From Obrimoposthia wandeli (taxonomy: Eukaryota): 64,000 bases of DNA. This document shows, in pieces, positions 9,171 through 21,725 of the stretch. The position numbers and the translations under genes were made by a program. The number at the start of each line of letters is the position of its first letter. Positions within the stretch are counted from its first letter, which is position 1. The notes under the pieces were generated by a model. That model did not search any database, had not been told where the DNA came from, and saw nothing but the letters and a program-made list of their open reading frames with translations. The stretch covers positions 434,001 through 498,000 of the forward strand of contig CDROCS010002342.1 in NCBI GenBank assembly GCA_977020255.1, given 5' to 3'.

Positions 9171-11929
9171 TTTTGTATTGTCTGACACAATTCGACTGGT
9201 TTAATTTGAATGATTACTAATTTATTTTAATAAACTTTGTTAATCTTGTAGAATATGTTCAGAGAAATTTTACTGTGACTAATTTTTACAATTTTACAAT
9301 CACAATTTTTAACTACTTTTAAAATGAGGTATATTTTAATATTTAATAAAATTCAAATAACCTAAAATTTCCATTTATTCTAAATTTTATAGCCAAGGTT
9401 CATATTATACATATGTATTTAAATTTGGGGTGCCTATTACACATAAAGTTGACCGTCGTTTTAAAACTATAAAATACTATGAACTTCTAAAAGAAAGTTC
9501 AAATTTTAGTAACAGTAAATATTTCTTTAATTTCATAAAATGTAAAATTATCAAAATTAAATTTCAATTTTACTTGTGATAATAACGGGAATATAACCTG
9601 TTATTGTAATAGTTCACAGATTATGTTCGTTTTGAAGTCGTTCTTTATATCAAATATGTTGCCTTATAATAATTTTAAATAGGAGTCAAATTCAGGCCAT
9701 ATCATGTATCTAATTCTTACTTAAAGACAGAAAAACCAAATCAAATATAAATCGTATTCTTAATTATAATAAATGGAAATTTATCAATACATGTATTGAT
9801 AAATTAAACTCCATCGCTACATCGGTCGGTGTCAATTAGAATTTCCAGATCTAAATTTAAAATAACAATTTTGGTACAGGAAAATTATTACAATTAGCAA
9901 ATTCAATCGGATCGACGATTCAAGTTGTTGCATTGCATTTTATTTCGGTTTCCAAATAATTGGCCACCGAAATCAGAAGAGAAAAGAATACGTAAATGTG
10001 TTCGCCAGATTTGTCGTAACCTCAGAGTTTTGTTAATATAATCCATTGCATGTATATTCCATATTAACTGACTACCAGCACTGCCTGGATCGGCCAAACT
10101 TTCCGGGTTCGATTCAATACTGAACTATCATACTAAAGTCAATAAAAGTATATGGAAATAAGAATTAAACTTCAAATTGATAATAATTTGAAAAAAAATT
10201 ATTAAATTGTTAGTAAAACACGCTCGTCAATTTTATTATCAGAGGACCATTTTAACAGAAAATTTTTGGCTTTATTACGAACATTCTACTTAATTTTCAT
10301 GTGAAATTTATTATTTTTATTAGCAATTTTAAATAATGTCACATATTATCTTTTGAAATGTGAACTTCCAAACTTATAATTTTTTGTACTGAAATTTAGT
10401 AAATGTTTTCTTTTTCTAAAGAATCAATTTGAATGCAAACAAAATATAGTTAAATAAAATACTTGCGAGCTCACTGGAAACATTAAATACAAACAAGTCA
10501 AATGTCAAATAAAATAATAAAGAGCTGTAATATAAATAAACATTTTGTAGTTTTTTTGTTGTAATTTATCTGATATTCAAGAGGAATAGGATGTTATGTA
10601 AACAGTCTATATCTGTATTTTAGAAAAGTGCATTTTAATTTAAAAGTGTGGGGAATATCAAAATGAATGAAAACTGAAAGATTTCACTGTAAACAACAAC
10701 ATTAAAAATGTTTACAAAGTTCCAAACATTCAAAGACACATGAAACCGAGCTCGAAACATGTATATTAACACGTTACATAAAGTTCTTTTGTCTTGTGAA
10801 AACCTTTGATGAAATGAAATGTTTTATATTTATCATATTTAAAATTTCGTCCCGTATTTTATCGTCAAAAATAATTTTCATGCTGAAATTGAATCCTTAG
10901 ATGTTCACGTTTCGTTTGTTTTAAGTACAGAGGACATCTAATATACAGTACAGAGCAAATTTTTATATTTTATAATCTTACTTAATTATAAAATATTACA
11001 TAAAAAGTGCATTAAAATCGGGATTAAATAATTGTTTAACTTGATTAAAAATTATAACTATAATGACAATTTATTTTATTATTATTTAATAAATGCAAAA
11101 CACGGAAACCATTACCAGAGCAGTATTTTTGTACTACGAAAAAGAGAATTCTGAAGAAGTTCATACCAAGGAAAATCAAAAGATAGTAAAATGTTTTATT
11201 ATTTTACCGACAACTTATGCTACAACAAACAGCTTCAAGTTCTGAAATACTTAATACATTAAAACAAACTGTACAAATGCTGATCAAAAATTCGTTTGAG
11301 GCTCAGTAATCAGAGAAAATATTATCATACATTTATTATAGGTATTTGTTTTGAATTTTCCCTTTGTTTTATTAATTTTGTGTTAAATCTTACATGACAA
11401 ATTTCTTGTAATGCACACCAAAAGTTGTGGGTTTTATAGTACACATTATTGATTTTTGACTGTATTATATATCATTTTACAAAGGTTTGATCACTAAATC
11501 GTTACACTTAAGAGCTAAATTTAATTATTCACAAGGAATTATGAATATTTGAAAAATAAAGAAATGTCAAAATCTTAGATTATATCGTATTGTAAATGAT
11601 TTATGCTTTAGAAAGTCAACAGTCCAATTTTTTTTAAAATTAAAGTCTTAAGAAGAAAATTGATCCCAAGTCTATTTTACCAAATTAGAAATTTCCAAGT
11701 TGGTAAATGATGAACAAATAGTTACATAATGTTGCTACTAAAATTAAAAGAAACTGAAACATTGGGGCGGAAAATTGGACTGCACAGTGAACTTCATAAA
11801 AAGAGATTATTGAATTGGGTTTACAGACATTGTTGGGGGAAATTCAACTCGAGAATCAGAACAAGGTACGAAGATTAGAGAAGGCAGAAAATAGGACTCA
11901 ATGTGTCTGTATCCTGTGTTTCCTACAAC

Positions 11930-12100
11930 AAGGAGGAGCCAGTATCACGGTACGGGATGATATTATTGACGGGGGATATATGCTTATGCATACTCACGCG
12001 GAGACAAAATATGAAGTTATGTATAAGTAATGAGATGTATTGTTGGACCAGCATTAACAGAAAAAGAAAAACAATTACTGGTTATATCAAGAAGTGCTGA
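11930..12100 (+). pseudogene. Possible Ty3/gypsy integrase zinc-finger fragment
   Basis: HTHAETKYEVM...YCWTSI...ITGYIKKC resembles the HHCC region when read across a frameshift. Confidence 0.35.
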
Positions 12101-13550
12101 TTTATATCCAGGTAATTATAGGGAAGATGCTCTTGAATTGAGTTTAAAACAACTGTTCTTTCCAAATGTTTAAATACTTGAAAAAAGGAGCTGATTATAT
12201 GTGCAGAAAATCAAGAAATAAAAATGTAAATGTTGAAAATAAATTCGAGTTAACAAGTTTAAAATTTTCAACAATCCCTCATTATATTTGTATTTGCCAA
12301 TTTAATATATAATACGAAAAAACGTGCTTGCTTGATTATATAAGGTTTACTTATTTTGATTATAATGCGTGACAATTTTATTTTATTTTAATATATTTCA
12401 AATAATATTGACATATAATATTCATTGAAACAATATTCTGAAATAAAACCTTTTAATCAAATCCAATAAATTACTTTTTTAGGACTTACGAAAAATAACA
12501 TTTTTGACTTGAAGTTTTTCTAAATTACACAGTACAGTACATCACACATGCTTACCGTAGGCTCACCTGCCGCGATTCGACCATTTCAGTCATAGTAAAC
12601 GTTGAGGTCCGGGACTTTGGCTTCACATGGATTTTGTCAACCAACAGTGACTAGCGTGGCTCAACTCTGGCAGAGTCCGCGAGTGGTTTCCGTCTAGATG
12701 GAGGCGTGTGAGCGAGAGTGTGAAGTACCTCAAGATGCGCCGGCAGATTTCGGTTTTCTTATTTAGAGATGAGAATGGCATATCGTATGTGCATCGAGAG
12801 TCTGACCGGACCTGGCAGCTTCAGTAACGTAAAACTGGTGGCCAGGCAATAACATGGGATTGTTGCGAGGAGCATTCGATTTGCTAGCTGGTGACTGTGT
12901 GTGGTCCTGTATCAAGTGAGGTGCAGAGATCTGGCACCATCATCAATCTTGCAGTTACTTCGGTGCCAACATTAAGACTCTCTTATGTCTTTATTTTTCA
13001 CTCTTATATCATTCATTCTGTTGTATATTTCTTTATTATTGACTCTGCTAGCCCTAGGTCAACCTTTCGTGGTTTGCCGTATTTGAATGTTGTTTGCTTA
13101 AATATAGGCTTCGATTTTTATGAGTAAGTTTAGGTTCTCCGTTGATTTCCGCATCAATATTCATGAAATTGTCTTCTTTAATGATTCCAGGGCATCGTGA
13201 TTACCAGGCTCTGTCAATATCCCTAGTTCTACTGTTCTTAAATTTGTTATCGTTCTATTCCTTCTGAGCAATCAAAAGTACAAAAGCATTTCTAAATTTT
13301 TTATTCTTAATTTTTTATTTATGGAAAATATGTAAAACATAAATCGAAATTCTTAGTCTATAAATCAATAGCTGCCAATGTTTGAAAATTGGAACATTGA
13401 CTTCAAGTTAGATTTTTGTGATTAAAAAGTCATTTGAGCACCATAAAGTGCTACAAAATATTGCTGGGCGTATCAAAATGTAATGATGTTTTAATTATAA
13501 AAAATATTATATTTTACAAAGATTTATACACTTTTTTATTTAATAATATA

Positions 13551-13720
13551 CTGTGCATGTGTGTGGAGTGAAATTTCGTATATGTGTGTCTCCATTCCAC
13601 CCAAAGGTGAAGGGGGGTCACCCCAAACACATTTTTTTAAATTTTACTTCGAAAATTACCACGAATCTCGAAAGTGGTTAGAGAAGACCACGGGAATCCA
13701 TATTGGACCCGGTGATATTT
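13551..13720 (-). repeat. Truncated Maverick TIR fragment, left-end orientation
   Basis: ACTGTGCATGTGTGTGGAGTGAAATTTCG is the reverse complement of the motif at about 5041-5067 and 58640-58668. Confidence 0.7.
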
Positions 13721-16559
13721 CAAATAATAGTGCATTTAATAAATTACATTTCTTCTATTTTTATATTTTTCTTTTATTGTGGACTTAACTAATCTTTTTT
13801 AATCATTAAGTGATTATTTAAATTTATTTATTTTATACTAATAAATAATCTTCGCATTATGACATCAATATTCGACCTCTAATTCACATTATTGCACAGT
13901 TTGAAATTGTAAATATTGCATCCAAAAGCAAAAGTATTATCTACAAAAATTATTTTGAAAATTAATGACAGATTGATAATTATATTAGAACAGTAACAAA
14001 AGTTCATCAATTTCATTTAACATTTTGTTAACTTGAAGAAGTTAATTGAGAGGTTAATACTTCCCAGCTACATTATTACATTTTCAACGGAACTAGCGCT
14101 CTATTGTTGGGATGTAAGCACCATAATCTCCAAGTGCAGCTGCAGTTAAACGACAAAAGCGGAGACCAGTATAATTTTCAGAAGCATTTATTCAAAGAAA
14201 TATATTGATCTAAAATTTTCTGTGTTTTGCGTTTTTTGATGATTCAGAAAATTTAACTAAACGATTATAATCAAATAAAATTTATATTCATATTGATCTC
14301 ACTGTGCTGGTTGTACATTAATTACTGAGGCTTGTGAATAGTATAGGATAAAATTCGCTACCCAAGACGGGCAAATTTCACAACATTTATGAATTATTTT
14401 TCATCTTCAAGCTTGTCATTTATATTTTCAAACTCGTTTACACATAAATATTGCGATGTTTGATTAGATATTATTTTTTGATCCTATTTACAAACAACAG
14501 TGTCTTCTATTTTTCTATTTTTAAAATTGTTTATGTACTCTAAATATACAGTTTGTTGTAAGCAAACCCTTATACAATTGCAGTATTCGCGAATATTGGA
14601 TTCAAAATGTATTTGAAATTAAATTTGAAATCAAGACGAGAATTATGGGTTGAAAATATTTCGTCAGTATCGTCATTTTAAAAGATAACAGAATACGGTA
14701 CAAATGGTACAGAACAAAACGACAAAATGGACAAGAGACAAAATGCATTCTACAGGATTGCTGAGCCAGATGCACTAGTATATGTCGAAGTTCAATTGAA
14801 ACGGTAACCTTTTCTGATCCCTTAATACAACAATTATATCAGTTATGGTAATGTGTGTTACATGGTCGATTTTCCTCTTTACCGATGCATCACATGTATC
14901 AGTTGTTGCGTCATGTAGCCTAAAGAATCATTTAGGCAATTAAATTTTCTCTTGTTCTGGCATTGTAGTCTCTTTTATAATTAGATATGACTATTAGTTA
15001 TCCTTAATCATTGGATTTATTTTAGAGTTCATTGGTAATTGTCAATGAGATTCTTTGTGATATTACTTCTTATAGTAAGAACAATTCATTAAATTTTTAA
15101 AATTTATCATTAAAATTTATCATTATTTTCAAAATATTTCTTTCTATTTCATCAATTATGAAATGTTAAGACTGAAAATTGGAGCTGAAAAGATATCAAA
15201 CCAAAATAGCGTGAGAAAGAAGATTGCATATGGATGTAATTAGGTAGGCTGAAATGATTCTTAGGATCCGGCTGTTCAAATAAAATATTGATGCAGATGA
15301 ACAAACTAAAATAGCTTATTTGCGCACTTCAAGTTATTTTTTTCCCACTGGCTTAGCTACTAACTGTCGTTTAGATAAAATATCAAAGATGTTTTAAATA
15401 GTTCTGTATATAAATTTAATATTGCAAACTAAAAAGCTTGAGTTTACCCTCAGTTTACCCGCACACTCGAGTAAAATGAACTATTTTTGTAGTAAAAAAT
15501 TCATTAGGTTCCGAAAAAAAATCCATATGGCTCTTATGTAAACACTTTTGTGTGCCATATAATGGGATTGTGGCTGCTTTGAACGGGTAATGTTTATCAC
15601 TGATATAAAGATGGTTTCATATGTAGGATTATCATTTTTATTTCATAAAAATAGCATAAAAGAGTACTAGGGATATTAATTTGTGGTAAACAGGAAAACC
15701 AAGGTACAACAATCACAATGACGATAATTAAATACCTACACCGCCTAAAGTAGAATGGTTTGACCTACGTTTTCTAAGTGCTGTCAACAGGACAATAAGT
15801 TCTAGTTGTTGAGAAATAATTTCATAATAATATTTCATAGATATTTTTAAAGCAAAGTTGTTCAAAAAATTCAATTAATTATAAACATGATTTACATTGA
15901 ACCAAAAAAGAGTACAAAGTACATAGATGGGAAAAAGAAAACAATGCTAATTAAAGCAGTCTAAAATTATATATGTACTCTTTAAATAGAACAATTGGTA
16001 ACCATATTCATAGTTGATATTGAATTTCAAACGCAATTTTTGTCTGCAACAGACAATACGATCGGTACAATTGTACAACTCCGCATCTACTTCACGTAAT
16101 ATTCTAACGTCCACACCAAGAAACCCTCTTTTAACACACGTATATTTATATTAGTTATTATAACAGCTGTAAGTGATATAGTAAGACTATTTGATGATTT
16201 TCATAGAATTTAAAAATAGAAGAACACAAAAATGTGACATTGTTTTTTTTATGATCTTCATATATTTGAGATTAAATATCACAATTCATGACATCAGGTA
16301 ACTTAAAACAACAGCAAGTAACTGGGAGAATAAGGTATTCAGGAGACTAAGAGAAGCAGCAGTCTAAAAATAGACGAAATTGTAGTCTATACTAGGCCAG
16401 GCTGTGTGAAGTTCTGCGATTATAAAAGAAAGCTACCAGAAGTAGAAAATTAGAAGAACGACAATCAATGAATACATTCACAAACAACAAACGAGAACAA
16501 CAAATCCGCAGTCTCTCTTAGGAGATTGTCTATGCAGAAGACAAACCAAAACAAACAAC

Positions 16560-16946
16560 GATTTACTTCTTTTTTGGAAATGCATCAACATCTATTTCTC
16601 TTCCATAGTCATCTAGAAATGCTGCATCGGCTCCTCGGATATAAAATTCGTTCTTGTTGAAAGTAAAATTTGGAACTACATTTTCAACTTTCTAATTTAG
16701 ATATTGAAAATCTGGTTTTTGAATATTTTATAGATTATAGCTGAACTTTCTTCTTTCAATTGTCACAGGATTTACTAAAGCAATCAGTTGAGCCTTCTTC
16801 AAGAATCTGACTTTGTATTTGAAATATTGTTTCACTTCTTCATACATATCCTTATCCGATTCTTCAAATATTTCTAAATCTTCATCGCCGCTTAATAATC
16901 GTTGGCTATCGTCTATCATTGATAATTTTCTTTGATATGAATGCAT
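16560..16946 (-). pseudogene. Maverick ORF X, unknown function; second copy at about 46570-46960 (+)
   Basis: MHSYQRKLS...NIQKPDFQYLN*KVENVVPNFTFNKNEFYIRGADAAFLDDY conserved in both copies. Confidence 0.55.
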
Positions 16947-17194
16947 TTATTGTGATTTGTCCTCCAACGGTGCATTCTTTTATACTAATTTGTAACAAAG
17001 ACATGAATCTCATTGGTTAATATAACTAAAGCATTGAATTTGATTTGACTAAATCCATATTAAAAATAAAAATTTATTGGAAGAAATATATCATCCAATT
17101 ATAATAGGTTTTCAAGATAATTACAAGAAATGTGCAATAAAAAGCAGGTTCAGACATATATAAAGAAGAATTTACAGAATACAATTTTAGTCTG

Positions 17195-17596
17195 ATGAAA
17201 CTCGTAAATATAAATGATAAAGGTAGAATAGAAAATGATGTTTCGTACTTACAATTAAATGAATGGAAGCCGGGACAATAAGTGGAAAAGTTTGACAATT
17301 TCACAGTTGTTATTTTTCCTAAAGGTTAGTTTTTTATTATTTTTTTATTTTCATATTGAATTCTTTTAGTAAATTGTCGTGTTATGGGATGCAAAAAACC
17401 TTTGCTTGAGATCAATTTACCATTTGGAATTCGAATCACTGCAATACAATCAATCACGATTTCGGCTAATCTTGGGAAACAAATAAATCTTTTTAAAATT
17501 GCAGAGTAAATGAAAGAAGAATGCATGTTTGAACCAGAAATTTTCCTGCTCTCAGATATTTAAAGTTTACTAGCTATCTTTTCTATAAACAAACCT
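17195..17596 (+). pseudogene. TATA-binding-protein-like gene (one 45-nt intron) within the Maverick, disrupted
   Basis: MKLVNINDKG...VVIFPK|(intron 17325-17369)|VNCRVMGCK...IQSITISANLGKQINLFKIAE*MKEECMFEPEIF matches the TBP repeat motifs NIVxSANL, EPExFPxL and IFxSGK. Confidence 0.7.
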
Positions 17597-17926
17597 GTTT
17601 AAATCTATTGTTTCAAATGAATAATACTATAAATAAAAACAATGAATTGGATCGTCTTGTCGACGATGTTTTTACAGGAAAAAATAAGTGTAAACAATTT
17701 TTATCATAATTAAAAAAATAATGATATAACAAGAGATAACATTGAAATATTGGTTAGATCACACGTTATTCGAGAATTTAGATATCGAATACAAATAAAT
17801 AAAAATATAGTCAAATATTCATTAATTAATTTTTGTATTTCATCTACAGAAGCTATGGTATTATACTTTTCTATAAGGAAACTTCTATAATAATATAAAC
17901 AATATTAAAATGAAAGAGTATATGTA

Positions 17927-18242
17927 ATGGAGCTAAATAATAATGCTGTATTTCAAATAGTTGGTCCCAGTGGAAGTGGAAAGACACATTTCGTATGTAA
18001 ATTGTTGCAAAATGAATATTTTTTTCAATTCTAGTTTCAATTTTTTTAAAATCTTAGAGATCAAACAGTTGTAGATTTCGTAGCCCTACAGGCATTTCAC
18101 TAAAAAATGAACTTTCTAGTTGATTCATTCTATGATTCTGCTAAACAAGGGTTTATATTTATTGACTTTACACAAGCTTGCCCAAATGATTTACGTGTTT
18201 TAACAAACATATTTAATTCTAAGGAAGTAACTGTTTATAAAT
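17927..18242 (+). pseudogene. Maverick FtsK/A32-like packaging ATPase, internally deleted
   Basis: Walker A GPSGSGKT; C-terminal FIFIDFTQACPNDLRVLTNIF; central part missing. Confidence 0.8.
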
Positions 18243-18455
18243 AAATAGTAAACAATTATAAAAAATCAATTTACAATGCCTTTTAAGAAGTTGATAGTGA
18301 AAAGTAAACGTAAAGTAAAAGCCAAGCATAAGAAATCAAAAAAAAAATATTAAGAAAAAAGAAGTGAATAAATTAATTAAATCTGTAGTTCGAAATAAAA
18401 GAAAACTTAAATGGCTTCGAATATAAACAATTTTCAAATTGAAATTTTTTTTAAA

Positions 18456-18790
18456 TGAAGAAAATACAAAGAAGCATACCCTATTTTAAAGCTTTGATCA
18501 AAGTGGCTTCTTATAAGAGAATATCCATCTTTTGTTGTAGATGATTTATTGGAAGTTTTGTATAAAATAGTTTTGGGTCGACTAAAAATTGTAAAACGGA
18601 AAAATGTATTAAAGAAATATAGAAAAACTCTTTTAGAAATTGCTAATGTAAAAAGTAAAAAAAGGAAACGAAATATTATTCTTAAACAGAATGTTGGTTT
18701 CATAGAAGCTGTTATTCCAGTTGTTGCTTCAATTATCAGTAGTAACACGTACATAAACAATTATTTCAAAAATCAGCTACAGATATGGGT
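18456..18790 (+). pseudogene. Maverick PW-like small basic protein, frameshifted; tiny Lys-rich ORF just upstream at about 18277
   Basis: LKKYRKTLLEIA...KRKRNIILKQNVGFIEAVIPVVASII resembles the QxGGF-type motif; homolog GFIGAIIPVVASII at about 45530-45580 (-). Confidence 0.6.
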
Positions 18791-18842
18791 ACTAACCCTT
18801 CTTTACCTAAACTTAAATTTTCTTTCTATTCAAATTGTTGTA

Positions 18843-19090
18843 ATGGAGAAGATATGGTTCAATCCAAAAGATTCAATTGGCTACACAAGAGTTTCAAAAT
18901 AGGTAAAAAGAACAAAACATAATTACAAGAAAACGCAGAAATGGCTGAGCGATCAGTTAGTCTACAGTCTGAACAAGCCGATTAGAAAAAGGTTTCCAAC
19001 TAGAGCTTACAAAACAAGCGGTCCTAGTAATTTATGGCAAATGGATTTGATGGAGATGATTCCATATTCTTCTATGAATAAGGAATACCG
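18843..19090 (+). pseudogene. Maverick integrase N-terminal fragment
   Basis: YSLNKPIRKRFPTRAYKTSGPSNLWQMDLMEM; breaks off into the gene 1 copy. Confidence 0.85.
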
Positions 19091-19099
19091 AAAAATCAT

Positions 19100-19580
19100 A
19101 AGAAAAAATACCTGATGAAGCCGATTCAACTGTAGCTGGTTGGAAGTCTTCTTCATTGACAGTATCCATCCAGCTGTCGTCTGTTAACTCGACGAAATTG
19201 GATTCTTCAATGTCGTCCAACCAGCCGTTGTCGCTCCACTGAGACGGCTCCATCTCGAAATCTGACTGTGTGATATTTTCCATCCAGTGATTGTTCGAGA
19301 AATTGGTTGCTGTCGCCAAGTTATCAAAGTCTTCTTGGGCGATGACGTTTATTCACTCATTGTTAGTCAGTTGAGTGGATGAGACAGCTTCGGAATCGAG
19401 AGACGGGAAGGAAGGACCAACCTCATGACTGTAAACATTTTGAATGACTTCCGTTGCAACTGGAACAGGAACTGGAGCTGGAACGACAATCAAAGCACGC
19501 ACCAATTGAACGATATTCTTCTTGTTGTTGTCCGTGAAACAGGAGAAGTGAGCTCGATGTTCATTTTATGCACACATGTT
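19100..19580 (-). pseudogene. Diverged, truncated copy of gene 1
   Basis: EHRAHFSCF and repeats NNHWMENITQSDF, DNGWLDDIEESNF, DDSWMDTVNEEDF align to 252-827. Confidence 0.85.
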
Positions 19581-21725
19581 CATTTCTTATTGAATGAAAA
19601 TATTAATTTTTATTGAATTTATTCCTCCAATTAAAAGGATTGTTAATTATTGGTTATTGGTTGAAAATGTTATATTTTATATATTGTATATCTCCAATTA
19701 TAAGTATTGTTTATCTACATGGCAAGTAATAGTAAGATAGACTTATACACTTTTTATATGTGCAATGTTCACCATGATAGATAGATGATCACGTGAAATA
19801 TTTAAGGTATTCAATCTCAATTTTGGAAAATATTTTTTAAAGTCTTATACTTTTTACCATACATTTCATCTAAAACATAAAAAAAACAGTTTTCAATATC
19901 AAAATTAGATTCAATAGTATTACACAAAGGCTTATTTCCTTCTCTTCATTTTAATAAATGAAAATTATTAGTCAGATATAAGTTTGTAATTTCTTCTTAT
20001 AATCTAAAGTTCTAAACGGAATATCTACATGAAATATGAAATGCAAAGGATGGAAAACGTCGCATATATCGATAATACATAATTGTTACTCCCAAGCTTT
20101 TCAAAGCCAAACAGGATCAAATTCCAAATTTTACCACACCCAATTGCAATGATCACAAATCAAACTCCGACTTTGAAGCAGCTTTTGAAATTGAACTGTG
20201 AACTGAGCTCTTTACAGATTCTGCAAGAAAAATTGAATTAATCTGTTATTTGGAATTAAAGTTTGCAGAAGATTGAATATAAATTTAATACTAAATTATT
20301 GGCTTTGACCTGTGATTAAATCGCTAAAAAAACTATTCATATATTTTACTTTCTAAAATTTATAAACAATTGTGAAATAAATGGAATAATTTTATAGTAA
20401 ATATTTTATAATTACTTATAAAGTCAATTTTATAACTGACTATCTATTTGATTATTTTGTCCCCAGATGTACTTTGCAAAAGTTAATAAATATTTTGAAG
20501 ATGTTTCAAATACATTCTAAATAAAATCTTTTCTCCTAACCTAACATATCAACATCTGCAAAATTTGAAATATTTTAAAAATGGAATAAAAGTAACTTAA
20601 TTAATTGTTTTTAAGATATAGACAGTAATTAATATTAAGTAAAGGGTTCATCGGCTCTTGAAATACAAACATTCCTTACCTCATATTTATTGAATTGTAA
20701 TCTAGTATAAATATTGTTGTTTAATCTTTTCAAAACCGTTATGTAATCAGAAACTAGAAATATCCTACTTGCAATAATTTTTTAATGAATAAGTATTTAA
20801 CATATATCATATAATTTGTGTTGTGGAATCTAAATTTTGAATTATATCTACGGTAGAAAACATAACTGGTGACCACACCTAAATAATTGTAGTGACGAGA
20901 AATAAAGGAAAGAAGAATCTTCTCGAAACAATGCAAAAATAGCAAAAAATTACGTTTAGTACAGCACAAGAAAATATTATGGAACAAGTTCAACGAAAGG
21001 TGAAAAACGGATAAAATATATAGGAGAGTGGGTCGACGAAAATGAGACTAATATCATGGATGCATTTGATTTGCTGTTGTCTGATGAGGCTGAATTATTA
21101 TATAAAGATGCCAGTAAAAAGTTAAATTCAGAAATTGAAGTCAAAAAATGGTTTGAAGAAAAGTTTTTAAAAAATAAATTCATATTTGACAACACTTGCG
21201 AACTCGCAAAGGTGAATCAAGTAGAAGGCGAACGTTTATCCGTTTATCGAATGTTTAGAGTTAGAAAACTGGTTGAGGCAATGATGGAAAATAATGTTAG
21301 CAAAGATGACCTGACTGACACTAAAGTTTATTAAAGATAGAGTAGGAAGTGAAAAACTGAAGGAGTAGTTCTTATAAAATTTGCAGATGCTAAATGAAAA
21401 AATAGAGGCATTGGCAAAGTTTTATTGCAAAATGGAATAATTGAATCCAAGATTGCACAAGTTCAGAATACATATGCAAACACATTAAAAAGAGAATACA
21501 ACTGTCCAGACTACCGTCCTAATTTTTCAAACAATACGAAGAAATACCCGTTATCGGTAACAGTAGATCACGAAGAAAGAAGTTATGTTCATGGAAAAAA
21601 ATATACATAAATATGGACGCAAAAAAACAAAATAAAGGACACCAAAGCGGAGGGTTTTATTAAAACAAGTAGCTTAAAAATATAACTTAGCCAAGGGACT
21701 GCCTGACACAAAAGTGAAAAATGTC

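Larger units (their letters stand above)
16545..19850. mobile_element. Rearranged, decayed Maverick segment (ORF X, TBP-like, ATPase, PW-like, integrase 5' part fused to a gene 1/gene 2 fragment)
   Basis: 16.55-19.09 kb is an inverted homolog of 45.2-46.95 kb; 19.1-19.85 kb is homologous to about 290-1450. Confidence 0.85.

Noticed and set aside
12560-13130. GC-richer island as a host exon or ncRNA
   Set aside because: All frames I read have stops and no recognisable motif or splice pattern; probably retroelement debris but unclassifiable by eye.
5126-13720. Pairing the 13.55-kb TIR fragment with the 5.1-kb TIR as the ends of one element
   Set aside because: They face away from each other (right end first, then left end), so they belong to different insertions.
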